This document shows, piece after piece, positions 40,381-53,200 of a DNA stretch of 64,000 bases (the first letter of the stretch is position 1; each line of letters begins with the position of its first letter). The notes below the pieces were generated by a model. It saw nothing but the letters and a program-made list of their open reading frames with translations. It was not told the DNA's origin and did no database searches. The stretch comes from Mobula hypostoma. Lineage: Eukaryota. The position numbers were made by a program, and so were the translations under genes. The stretch is from positions 31,188,001 to 31,252,000 of the forward strand of contig NC_086097.1 of the NCBI RefSeq assembly GCF_963921235.1, in the 5' to 3' direction.

Positions 40381-40589
40381 CACAACACCTAATCTACTTG
40401 ACAGTTAATGCTGAGGGACTTGGTGAACTATAGAAACTCATGACACAAGAGGAGCTCTTTTGACCAAGATAAAACTTTAGATCTCCAGTTCTTGGTCCAT
40501 ATCTCTGTGTTATGGGAGATCAAATATTTATGCACATATTTTAAATTTAACAGAACTAGTTGTATAACTACTATGGCTTCCAAGAGCCA

Positions 40590-43500
40590 TAAAACTACAA
40601 GATATAGGAGCAGAATTAGGCTATTTGGCTCATCCATTCCATCATGGTTAATTGATTATCCCTTTCAAACTTATTTTCTTGCCTTCTCCTGTAATCTTTG
40701 ATGCCCTGACAGATCAAGAACCTTTGCTTTAAATACATCCAATGATTTGGCCTCCACAGCCATTTGTAACGATGAATTCCCACCCTCTGGCTAAGTAGGA
40801 ACATCATTCCTTCTGCTCTGAAGGAACATCATTCTATTCTGAGGCTATGCAATCTGGGACTAGACAGCCCCACTATAGGAAACATTCTCTCCACATCCAT
40901 TCTATCTAGGCCTTTCAATATTGAATAGGTTTCAATGAGATTCCCCTTCTTCCAAGTTCCAGCGAGTACACCCCAAAGCCATCATACGCTCCTCATACCT
41001 TAATCCTTTCATTCCCAGAATCATTCTTCTCCTCTGGATCCTCTCCAATGCCAGCACATCTTTTCTTGGACAAGGATCCCAAAGCTGCTCACAATACTCC
41101 AAGTGCAGTCTGACCAATGCCTTATAAAGCCTCAGCATTACATCCTTCCTTTTATATTCTAGTCCTCTCAAAATGAATGCTAATATTACATTTGCCTTCC
41201 CTACCACCGATTCAATCTGCAAATTAACTTTTAGGGAATCCTGCATGAAGACTCCCAGGTCCCTTTGCACCTCTGATTTTTTTAATTTTCTCCCCATTTT
41301 GAAAATAGCCTATGCCTTAATCCCTTCTAACACATTGCATGAGTTCATAGATCCCTACACTATATTCCATCTGCCTTTTCTTTGCTTTTTCTCCTAATCG
41401 AAGTCCTTCTATAGACTCCCTGCTTCCTCAACACTACTTGCCCTTCCATTTATCTTCATAAATTTGTCCACAAATTTGGCCACAAAGACATCAAGTAAGT
41501 TATCCAAACCATTAAAGTGGTTCCAATACCAACCCCTGTACCACAACACTAGTCACTGTCAACCAATCAAAAAAGGCCCTTTTTATTCCCACTCTTTGCG
41601 TTCTGCCAGTCAGCCAATGCTCTATTCATGCTCGTAACTTTTCTGTAATACCATGGACTCTTATCAAGTTAAGCGGCCTCATGAGCGGAACATTGTCAAA
41701 GGATTCTGAAAAAGCAAGTAAACAACATCCACTGATTCACCTTCGTCTATGCTGCCTATTATTTCCTTAAAGAACAAATTTGTCCGGTAAGATTTTCCCT
41801 TAAGGAAACAATACTGACTTCGGCTTATTTTATCATGTGCCTTAAAGTACCCTGAACTTACACTCTTAATAACGGTTTCCAACAGCCTCCCAACCACTGA
41901 AGGCAGGCAAATTGACCTATATTTTTTCTTCTTCTGCCTCGCTCCCTTCTCAAAGAGTAGAGGTGACATTTGCAATTTTTCAGTCTTCTGGAACCATTCC
42001 AGAATCTAGTGACTCTTGAAAGAGCGCTACTAATACCTCCACAAATACTTAAGGAATACTTAGGTTACACTTAAGCTACCACTTTCAGAGGTGTCAGTAT
42101 GTCCCCGACACTATCAAATTTCTGGCATACTGCTAGTGTCTTGCACAGTGAAGACCAATGCAAAATACTTATCAAGTTTGTCTGCCATTTCTTTGTCCCG
42201 CATTACTACCTCTCCAGTGTCATTTTCCAGTGATCCAATATTCACCTTCACTCCTCCTTTACTCTTTATATATCTAAAAAGACTTTTTGTATCCTCTTTT
42301 ATATTATTGGCTAGTTTACCATTATAGTTCATCTTTTCTCTCATTTTTTTTTTATGTTACTTTCTGTTGGCTTTTAAAAGGTTCCCAATCCTCTAATTTC
42401 CCACCAACTTTTGGTATTTATACAGTGGCTTGAAAAAGTATTCCAGCCCCACAAATATTTTCACATTTTACTGTCTCATTTTCTGAATTTAAAATATACT
42501 GAAGTTGCATTTTGAGCTAATCTACAAAACATTGTGCACCATGTAAAATCAAAATTCCAAAACTTCTCAACAATTTGCTAAAACTTACAAACCAAAATTG
42601 TGAGGCTGACAAAGTATCCATCCCCTTTGCAACCACCACCATGCTAACTTTCCTCAGGTAAAATTATCTTACCAACTCATCCATATTTATTGATTTTCAA
42701 AAATTAGAGGATCACCTATTTTCAATGAATTCATAAGAATAAACACTCCTTCTCTCTGTAAGGTCCAGATTTTCAACAGACCAAACTAAAATGAAGAATA
42801 AAGAACATTCAGGAAAAGTCTGGGAAATGATAATAGAGAAGCACAAATCTGGGGAAAGGTATAAGACCATCTTAAAGGCACTGAACATATCTCGGAGCTC
42901 AGTTCAGTCCATCCTGAAAAAAGTGGTAAAAATATGAAACAGCAACCACACCCCCTAGGTCAGGGTACCCCTCTAAACTTAGTTGCTGGAGAAGAATGGC
43001 ACTTGTGAGAGAGGTTACTGTGATGCCAGCAGGCACTCTGAGTGAGCTGCAGGTCAATGTCTGCAACTGGAGATGAAGTTCATGGCTCCACAATCTCTAA
43101 GGTCTTGCACAAGAAGGGTATTAATGCAAGACTGGCAAGGACAAAGTCCTAGCTATAAAAAAAGCATATCCTTGCCCATAAAGACTTTGCAAAGCATCAC
43201 TTAGAAGATATTGTAAAGATGTGGAAGAAGGTCTTGTAGTCAAATGGGACTAAAGTGGAACTTTTTGGCCTTAAATCTAAGTGGTATACATGGTATAAAT
43301 CTAATACTGCATATCAGCCAGGTAACACCATCCTTATTGTAAAGTATGGCAGAGGTAGCATCATGCAATGGAAACACTTTTCAATAGCAGGGACTTGAAA
43401 TCTTGTCAGGATTGATGGAAAAATAAGTGCTGCTAAATACAGAGAGATCCTGGATAAAAACAAACTAGGCTCTGCCAGAAAGTTTAAACTGGGTGGGAAG

Positions 43501-44245
43501 TTTGTCTTTTAGCAGGAAAACACCCAACACACACTGCCAGAACTACTATGGAGTGACTTTAAATGAAGAAAATTGATGTCCTTGAGTGGCCCAGTCAGAA
43601 TCCTGACCTTAACCCCAATCGAGCATCTCTGGCAAGAATTCAAGATTTTTGTCCACTGCAGCTATCCAATTAACCTGGCATAACTTGAGCAATTTTTCAA
43701 GGGGGAATGGGCAAACGTCGCTCCGTCACGTTGTGCAAAGCTAATAGACTTATCCAAAAAGACTACTGGCGTAACACCTGTGAGCGGTGGTTCAACTAAG
43801 TACTGAGCAAATGAAGATGGATACTTTTGAACTGCTGACATTTCAGGTTTTGAATTTTTAGTTTTTCATGCTTCAAATTTTCCATGATTTTTGGGCTCTA
43901 CTGTGAAAAAGGAGAATGTGACCCACAAATAAAACTTCTCAACTAAATTGATCAAAATTCCTGTTTGTAATACTCATTTATGTGAGCAAAGGGTTGGGGG
44001 CTGAATACTTTTTCAGGGCACTGGATGCCCTCTTTAATTCTGTCTTTGACTTGTCTTGTCAGCCAGTTACCTCATCCTCTCTTTGGAATACTTATTTGGG
44101 ATGCATTTATCCTGCACCTTCTGAATTGCTTGCAGAAACTCCAGCCATTGCAGTTCTGCTGCCATCCCTGCTAGTGTCCCTTTCCAATCAACTTTGGCCA
44201 GCTCCTCTTTCATGCTTATGCACTTCTTTTTACTCCACTATAATA
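40590..44245 (-). mobile_element. Decayed CR1 LINE split by a Tc1 transposon
   Basis: CR1 ORF2 fragments 40932..41297, 41679..41975 and 42114..42344; the CR1 sequence resumes at ~44026 (tgccctcttt). Confidence 0.85.
42423..44023 (+). mobile_element. Full-length Tc1/mariner transposon with pseudogenised transposase (about 42791-43806)
   Basis: TIRs CAGTGGCTTGAAAAAGTATTCCAGCCCC and GGGGCTGAATACTTTTTCAGGGCACTG, TA on the left (GA on the right), 1.6 kb. Motifs MKNKEHS..IIEKHKSG, VKYGRGSIMQW and WPSQNPDLNP; multiple stops and frameshifts. Confidence 0.92.
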
Positions 44246-46408
44246 TGCTAAAAGATAATATTCTTGTCTGCAAGCTTATTTGAACTAAATAACTTAACCA
44301 GTATTTTCAGGTTTGAAACAAGCCAAATTAAAATTGCCTTACACTACAACTGTTGAGCAATAAGCCCAAGCGCTGTGGCACCACTGAGTCTGTTCTACAG
44401 ACAGCATTTGTTTGCAAAGCTGTCTTTAACTTCAAACTGATCACTGTTTTCCATTTGCATCATGACCTGAAGACCGGCTCCCGTTTATGACAAGAAGCTA
44501 AACAAAGAATATTAGTTGGAAAATCAACTGATTCAAAGCAACACTTTGATCTTTAGAGGTGTCAGCTGCTGTGTTTAGAAAGCTGAGCTTGGCAAAAAAG
44601 AAGGCCCCCTGGACAGTGAATATCCATCACAGAATAAGTTTAAAGATTATAGAGAAAGGACAGGTGATATTACTCGACTATAATACATCTGACTTTAGTT
44701 TCTCCCTCTCTATTAGCTGGGTGAATTCTATCATATCAGGATCACTGACTCCTAGGGGTTCCTTTACCTTAAGCTCCCTAATCAAATCTGACTTATTAAA
44801 CAACACTATTCTTCTGGCACCTCCCTGTAACCTTTGACACCCTTACAATCAAAAACCTATCAACCTCCACTTTAAGAAAAGCTAATGACAGATTTTACAG
44901 TTGTCCATGGCAACGAATTCCACAGATTCACCACCCTCTAGCTAAGGAAACTCCTCCTCGTCCGTTCTAAAGGTACATCCTTGTATTTTGAGTCCATGCC
45001 CTCTGATCTTAGATTCCCCTACTACAGGAAACATTCTCTGCACATCCACTCTATCTAGGCCTTTCAATATTCAATAGGTTTCAATGAGATTCCACCTTGT
45101 GCTTCTAAACTCCAGCAAGTATAGGCCCAGAGTTATCAAACGCTCCTCACAAGTGCAGGTCTGAGGCTGACTATTCTCTAGGGGATGACTTGTATTAACT
45201 CTTCAGGCACACTAACTATGTGATAAAATATTTTTCACTTGTCCAAGGTCAATATAGAACCTCAATATTATCCTAGATCAAGCTGACACTGCCTACTTGG
45301 CAACCGATTCACCACCTTAAACTTTCACCCCCTCCACCAACAGCACAGTGGCTGGAGTTTATACAGATAAAGAATGCATTATACTCAGACCCAGAGTCCT
45401 AGAGTCTGTGAGTCTCTTTGAACCCCACTAGGGAAGTCAAAGGCCCAATGTCTACAAATTCATGCGTCCCCTGGAGGCTGTAGGCTCCCGGTTAGAGGAC
45501 TGTGCATGTGTGTTTGGTCGGCGGGGGGCAGAATGGAGGACAAACGGGGCTTGAGTAGCTGTTGTTGCTTGGTATGTTCTGTTTATTTGTGCTCTGTGGT
45601 ATTCTGCTGAGCATTTCAGGCATGCTAGGTTGGCACTGGAATGTATGGTGCACTACCCACAGCACATTCTTGGGTGCACGATGCATTGACTGTATGTTTC
45701 AATGCACATGTGATATATAAATCTGAATCTGATCAAGCTTCCCTAACAACATAAGCAAGACCTGTGAACTTCACCCTCTCCACAATACCTGGAAGGACAA
45801 AACCTTCATAGTTACGGAACTTGAATCGTGATCAACTTCCAAATTGCACTGTGGAAATATCCAAAATACGACAATTACAGTGGTTCAAGGCATAGTACCA
45901 GCTTACCACACACTTCTCATAGGGACGTGCAATAACAACAGGTTTCTTCTGCAGGAAACCCACAGAGAGTAGATGAAACAATTTCCTCGATAGAGCAGAT
46001 AGTAAACCCATAATAAAACAGGGAATGATGAAAATATTCAGCATCAGACAGCTTATTTGGAGAACACGACAGAAGTATTCCCTCTCTACAGAAGCTGAAT
46101 GACCTGCTCAGTACTGCTATAATGTTTTTTTCTGCTTACATTTCAAATTTTCATCATCCGTAGCTTTTTTTATTTTCAAAAATTTTATTTTATTTTATTT
46201 TATTATTTATGAACTAAATGGTGCTGCATTTGAGGTAACAGGGAGTGAAACAATCGGGTATAGGAACAGAATTAGGCCATTCTGCCCATCAGGTCTGTTC
46301 TGCCATTCAATCATGGCTGAATTTTTTTTTAAATCCCATTCTCCCATCTTCGACCTGCAACCCCTAACTCCCTTACCACACAAGAACTGTCAATTACTGC
46401 CTTAAATA

Positions 46409-47755
46409 CAGGTTTCCCCCGTTATCCGAAAGTACAGCGTTCCTATGAAATGGTTCGTAAGCCGGAATGTCATAAAGTGAATAAGCAATTATCATTTATT
46501 TATATGGGAAAAATTTTTGAGCGTTCCCAGACCTAAAAATAACCTACAAAATCATGCCAATTAACACATAAAACCTAAAACAACAGTAACATATAGTAAA
46601 AGCAGGAATGATATGACAATACACAGCCTATATAAAGTAGAAATACTTTTCTGCAGCACCGTCTAGCGCAGCGAAAATCTCGCGGAAGCGCTCTCGGCAG
46701 AAACACTCTCTCCAGTAACCTTTAAGCTATGAAGCTGCCAAATCATACCAAATAACACATAAAAATACACAGCCTATATAAAGTAGAAATAATGTATGCA
46801 CAGTGTAGTTTCACTTACCAAAATTGGGAAGACTCTAATAAATTGCAGTTTCGTCACAGTTAAACACTTGCTTATACAAATAAGCACCTGACGCAATCGG
46901 TAATTTCCTCTGATCTGGGCCAACATTTACGTGCCGGGCGGCACCAAATTAATTAGCTTGTTTATTTTGGCTTTTTTCTTAAAGATGTGCTGGGTGCATT
47001 CCGACTGCTGCTGCACCCCTGCATTCTTCGCAGCAATGTACCGGTCCGCAGCCCTGAGTTTGGGGACCACTGCTTAAGCTATGAAGCTGCCCTCGCCTCA
47101 GAAACCCATCAAACCACCCATAACCTTTAAATTCCACTTTCGCAACACTTTCATCACCATCGTCCAGTGTTTTCTGTTTCAGCTTATTAAAGAGACTGAC
47201 TGATTTCTCCTTAAGTATAAGAAAACTTAACGGAACACCACACTTTGTACACCCATCAATCCACTCAAGCAACAGACTTTCCATTTTATCCATTATTGGA
47301 TGCCGACTAAGAGAGACCACTTTGCTATGAGCAGAACCAACAGTAACATTGGCAGCTTTCAAAATTCTTTCTCTCTGCGTATAAATAGTGCGAATGGTGG
47401 ACGCAGGCAAGTTTAACGCGCAGACAATATCCTTACTTCGTTCACCACAATCAAAGTGCTTAATTATGTCTAGTTTTATGTTAAGTGTAACACCCTTACG
47501 AGCTCTTTTAGGCTTTTTCGATACCTTAGAACTCATCTTGCTAACGGATGCACAAAATAAATAGAGATAAAGCACGCGTTCAAGCAATGCCGGCTAGAAT
47601 TTAGTTCCGGGGGAGGAGCTTGGCTGTTCGGGCGCGTGCTGCCTTTTCTTGTAACAGTGAAAACACCTTCTGTTAGCGAAAACAGGTAACTAATGTAGGT
47701 CTTTCATAACAGCGAGGTGTCGTAAAGCGAACGTTCAGAAAACAGGGGCCACCTG
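46409..47755 (-). mobile_element. Tigger/pogo deletion derivative with both TIRs and TA TSD
   Basis: TA|CAGGTTTCCCCCG ... GGGGCCACCTG|TA, inserted in a CR1 3' fragment. Same family as 26842-27895. Confidence 0.88.
46979..47536 (-). CDS. Truncated Tigger transposase ORF (185 aa): psq-type HTH + CENP-B HTH, no DDE domain
   Basis: MSSKVSKKPKRARKGVTLNIKLDIIKHFDCGERSKDIVCALNLPASTIRTI...MESLLLEWID...GVPLSFLILKEKS...FKGYGWFDGFLRR, open throughout. Expression unknown. Confidence 0.5.
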   Translation of the reverse strand: MSSKVSKKPKRARKGVTLNIKLDIIKHFDCGERSKDIVCALNLPASTIRTIYTQRERILKAANVTVGSAHSKVVSLSRHPIMDKMESLLLEWIDGCTKCGVPLSFLILKEKSVSLFNKLKQKTLDDGDESVAKVEFKGYGWFDGFLRRGQLHSLSSGPQTQGCGPVHCCEECRGAAAVGMHPAHL

Positions 47756-48245
47756 TATACCCAATGATTTGACCTCCACAGATGACTGTGGCAACAAATT
47801 CCTAAAGATTCACCACTGTCTGCCTGAAGAAATTTCTCCTCATCTCAATTTTAAAGGGACATAATTTTATTCTGAAGCTGTGCCCTTGCATTCTAAACTT
47901 TCCCACTGATAGAAACATTCTCTCCATATCCCTTCTGTATGTCCTTTCAGTATTCAGATTTCAATGAGATCTCTCACTCTTTCCGAACTCCATCACATAT
48001 GGAAGTACAGCTCCAGAGACATCAAACACTCCTCATATGTACTCCACAAACCTTTCTCATCTGTTACTGAGGGGTCCATGGTACTTCATAAAAATGCTGT
48101 AAAAGAAACACATCTCTATGGAAAACAAGCCAATGTGGGTCACATTTCAATACACGAGGGAATGTTAGGGAGACCAAGTCTTACCTGCTCCCTCACCTTC
48201 GTGAAAGTATCTAACAAATACCACAAAATAACGTACAGGGAAATA

Positions 48246-48790
48246 CACTTAGTGGCCACTTTATTAGGTACACCTGTACACTTACTCGTAAATGCACATA
48301 ATCTTAACAGCCAATCATGCAACAGCAACTTAAATGTTTAAAGGCATGCAAACATGGCTAAGAAGTTCGGTTGTTCAGACCAAACATGAAAATGGTGAAG
48401 AAATGTGATCTAAGTAACTATGACTATGGAATGATTGCTGGTGTCAGACAGGATGGTTTGAGTGTCTCAGAAACTGCTAATCTCCTACGATTTTCACACA
48501 CAACAGTCACTAATAGAGCTTATGGAGAACGGTGTGGAAAAACAAAAAACATCCAGTTAACATCAACTCTGTGGGCAAAAACAGTTTGTTAATGACAGGT
48601 CAGAGGAGAATGGCCAGACTGGTTCAAGTTGACAGGAAAACAACTAACTTAAATAACCACATGTTAAATCAGTGGTGTGCAGAAGAGTGTCTCTGAATGG
48701 CAACACGTTGTGCCTTGAAGTGGTTGGGCTTCAGCAGCAGAAGAACACAACAGGTTCTACTCCTGTACCTAATAAAGTGGGCACTGAGTA
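48246..48790 (+). mobile_element. Short non-autonomous Tc1 element
   Basis: TA|CACTTAGTGGCCACTTTATTAGGTACA ... TGTACCTAATAAAGTGGGCACTGAGTA|TA. Internal KKCDLSNYDYGMIAGVRQDGLSVSETANLLRFSHTTV is a Tc1 N-terminal HTH relic. Confidence 0.88.
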
Positions 48791-48867
48791 TATATAGTCA
48801 CATACCAAAGACTTAACGAAGAAAACAGGATAAGCACAAACATTTCCATCCATTGCACAGTACGTAC

Positions 48868-48899
48868 CTGCAGCAGGTCACTGAGATCCAACAACATAT
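48868..48899 (-). CDS. BRF1: BRF1 internal coding exon, 32 nt (equivalent to human exon 4)
   Basis: Minus strand reads ...ttcaag|AT ATG TTG TTG GAT CTC AGT GAC CTG CTG CAG|gtacgt = (H)MLLDLSDLLQ, the BRF1 first cyclin-fold segment. AG/GT boundaries; phase-0 join to the next exon. Confidence 0.93.
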
Positions 48900-49504
48900 C
48901 TTGAAGGTTTTGTCAAGGAACACATAAAACAATGACAGTTCAACAATAAAACCAACTTGACTGCTGAATCACCTAGCCACAATTCCAAACCACGTTTACC
49001 CATCAGAAGTGTTACAATCAAAGCCAGCATGGTTTAACATTGCTGCAGAGGCACATAGCTGAGCTGTCAATGCTTAGAGAACTATCCAACACTGACAACA
49101 AGCATCACAATCGAGAATCAGCCGGAATTGAATAGCAGAGCAGACTTGATGGACTGAACGGCCTAATTCTTTTCCTATGTCTTACGGTCTCCAAAAACAG
49201 ACCATGCCGAACTATTATTATACCTAGTCCCACTGACCCACACTCAGACCGTAGCTCTCAATACCACTCCCATTATTCAGCTTGGAAATCTCCCACTCTC
49301 TTTGGAAAACCCTTTACATGGGTAAATCGCCCTGTACCCTCTCTAAAGCTCCCACATCCTTCCTATAGTGACCCTATAATAGTCCTTTGTACTTCTTCCT
49401 CTCAGTCTATTAGTTTGGCACAATACTGTAAGTACGACTAAAATACAAATTATCTGGCCATTAACATGCTGGATGCTTCATCAGCTGTAACGGATTCTGG
49501 GACT

Positions 49505-50205
49505 TCAAGGGCACAATATTACCACCTCCATACTGGGAAGACCTGACGTAGATTGGGAGACTGCTTTGTCAAGCACCTTTGCTAGGATAGACACAAAAGG
49601 TTGGATCTCCCAGCGGCCAGCCATTTCAATTCCACTTCCCATTCCCATTCTGACATGGTGGTCCATAGCCTCCTCTACTGCCACGGTGAAAACACATTCA
49701 GTTTGGAGAAGCAATACTCATATTCCATCTGGGAGCCTCAAGCCCGATGGCATGAACATTGATTTCTCCAACTTCTGTTAATTTTTACCCACCACTTTTT
49801 TTCTTTATCAGTTGCCCGTTTTGCTCTTACTTCTTCCCTTTTCCTCACCTGCCCATTGCCTCTCTCTGCTGCCCCTCCTCCTTCCCTTTCTCCCACAGAC
49901 CACCCTCCTCTCCTTTCAGATTCCTTCTTGAGCCCAATATCTCTTCAGCTCCTTAGTTCATCCCTCCCTTACTCACCCAGCTTCCTCCTCACCCAGTCTC
50001 ACGTGCCAACTTGTACTCCTCCTGCTCCCTACACCTCCATGCTCTGACTTCTGCTCAATTCCTTTACAGTCCTGATGAAAGGTCGTGGCACAGAATGTTG
50101 ACTGTTTATTACCCTCCATCGATACTGCCTGACGTGCTGGGTTCCTTCAGCATTTTGTGTGTGTTACTCTAGATTTCCAGCGTCTGCAGAACCTCTTTTG
50201 TTTAC
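49505..50205 (+). mobile_element. Penelope-like element 3' fragment
   Basis: GSLKPDGMNIDFSNF endonuclease end, pyrimidine tail and terminal repeat with degenerate cagtcCTGATGA. An antisense relic lies at about 51300-52300. Confidence 0.78.
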
Positions 50206-53200
50206 AATTTGCTACATAAATGCTGTGTTTCCCCATATTTAAACAAGGGCATAGTTTGAAAGGGTAAGATCCCAGTCCGTGTTTCTAATGGAATCCTACA
50301 TAACTCCATCGCTGCTCCAGAATGAAAAACAAGCTTTTGTTCTCTTGGTGTCCTTCAACAGTCATTCACCCGCACAGTTCGGACAAATCGAAACAGATTG
50401 GAGATAGATCATTTCTACATTTAACAGCAGTGCCCTGTACTTGTTTCTGAAAAGAACAAGAGCCACTCTGTGTTATATTTACACTTAAATAAAGAGAGGA
50501 ATCACACAGGCACCCGAGAGAGCCCAGCAGCTCAATCACATTTCCTTCTGGGTTCTTTGTCATAATAACTCTCACAAGTGAGCTGTTCTTGAACATCAAA
50601 TTCAACACAAGAGTGCACAAAGATATTTAACCACAGTGGCAACACATTTAAACCCACTGTAGTTCCCTCTAGACTACTCACTCACCTTCTTCCCAACAAA
50701 CCTCCCCCTCTGCACCACCCCCCCAGCATCAGGGTACAATTCCCTCCCCGTGACTATGTGGGTTTCTTCTGGGTGCTCTGGATCCCTCTCACACTCCAAA
50801 GTTGTGCGGGTCAGGGTTAGTGGGTTGTGGGCATGCTACGTTGAGTCCAGCAGCATGGTGACACTTGCAGGATGCCCCAAACACATATTCAGACTGTGTT
50901 GGTCATTGATGCAAAGCAATACATTTCACTGCACGTTCTGATATACTGTACATATAGCAAATAAAGCTAATCTTTAAATCTCCCCCTACCCAAAGGTGCA
51001 ATCATTTCAGCTTCTAAAAGAGGGTAATTTGCAGTAGTCAATTAATCAATTAATAATTGGTCAATCAGTGTCAATCTGCATGTCTTTGGATAGTGGGAAG
51101 AAGTCCATACAGTCACAGGAGGAACATGCAAACTCCATAAAGACAGCACTAGAGGTTAGGACTGAACCGAGTCCCTGGAGCTGTGAGGCAGTGGATCTAT
51201 CAGTGACGCCACTGTGCTTCCCTGACTAATTTAACAGCAAAGGTTATAAAGTTTTAGGTAAATGGTCTCCATCCACAAACAGCAACCGTAAGATAGTCAA
51301 GCCACAAAGAAATTACCAGAGGAACTCAGCAGGTTGGTCAGACAGCATGCCTACGAAGGGAAATGGTTAATATTTTGGGTTGAAAGCCTTTGTCTGGATT
51401 CAGAGATGACAGCAAGTATAATGGTGAGGGGCAGGTATGGAGCAAGAGCTGGCAGGTGTCGGGCAGGTCTGTAGCGGTAGTTACAAGTAACCTGCTTCCC
51501 CTTGAACCCACACCTCCAATTGGTGCTATGGGTAAAATGAACTCAACCTCTCAATTTCAGTGACTATATTTTCAATGAAGTTCTCTGGACAAGAAGTACA
51601 TACCTAGTTTTTCTTCTTTCTCAAGAATGGGTGATATAGTGGTAGTTAATAATGTTACTCTTATGCCACTCAGTTAGTCACTCACACATGAGAGGAGTTC
51701 ACATACTACACAAGCAGGATTGTCAACAAAGTTCAGTTGAGTATCCTGCATGCTGGCATCCAGGTGTGCTCTGCACTATCCCACAGTGACAAACACAACA
51801 CTGTGTCAGAAGGTAATAGGCAAATGAAGGAGTAGAGTCTGGGAACGGCGACAGAAGCTGGGAGGTGAGAGGTGTAGGCAACAAAAGAGAGTAGGATCTG
51901 ATAGAAGAGGAAGGTGGAGAGTGGAACCGAACAGGGGAGGTGGGAACAGTGGCAGGGAGAGGTACCCAATGGGAGGACTGCGTGAGTGATAGACAGATGG
52001 AGTGGGTAGAGGAAGAGAAAGAAACAGGGTGATTGGGGGTGTGGAGGTACTTGAGTGGGTATAAAATGAATTGAATAGATCAGGAAGACAGAGAAAGGGA
52101 CAGATGGGGGAAGCAGGTTACCTGAAACTTGAGAACTCAATATTCATGACATCAGGTTGTAAACCACCCAAGCAGAATACGAGATGCTGTTCCTCTAGTT
52201 GGAATTGAGCCTCTCCCAGCACTAGAGATCGAAGACAGACAGGTTAGTACAGAAATGAGGGGGTGGGGGTTAAAATGGTTGGGAACCAGGAACTCCAGAA
52301 GACTATTAGATGGAACACAGGTGCACAAGAGACTCTGCAGAAGGTGGAAATCCAGAGTAACATGCACAAAATGCTGGAAGAACTCAGCAGATAAAGCAAC
52401 ATCTGTGTAATTAATTGATGTTTTGGGCTGAGACCCTTCATTAGGAAAGAAAGGAAGAAGAAACCAGAACAGGTACAAAGCAGTTGGACTCCTGATGCAG
52501 GAAATTTTACAGCCAATTGATATCAAAAGGTACTGGGTTACCAATATGAGTATTTTTGAATGCCCTGCCATTGAGAAGGTTGAGAGCTTCAAGTTCTTTG
52601 GAGTGAACATCACCAAAGTCTGTCCTGGTTCAACCACGTACACGCCACAGCCAAGAAATCTCACCAGCACCTCTACTTCCTCAGGAGGCTAAAGAAATTT
52701 GGTATGTCCCCTTTGACTTTCATATATTTTGTTGATATACCACAGAAAACCTCTTATCTGGACCCATCACAGGTTGATATGGCAACTAGTTTGCCTGAGA
52801 ACACAAGAACACAAGAACACAGCTCAGCACATCACAGAAGCCAGTTTCCCCTCCATGGACTCTGTCCACACTTCTGGCACTCCTTGGTAAAGCAGTCAAC
52901 ATAATCAAAGATCCCCATCCACTCTGGACATTCTCTGTTCCCCCTCTCTCATCGGGCGGAAGACACAAACGCCTGAAAGCACGTACCATCAGGATCAAGG
53001 GCAGCTTCTGACTCACTGTTGAACAGTCCCTTAGTTTGATAAACTGGACTTGACCTCACAATCAACCTCATTACAGCTTTGCACCTTACTGTCTGCCTGC
53101 ACTGTACTTTCTCTGTAGCTATTACACTTTATTCTACACTCCATTGTTTTACCTTGTATTACTTCAGTACACTGTTTAATGATTTGTCTGTATGGACAGC

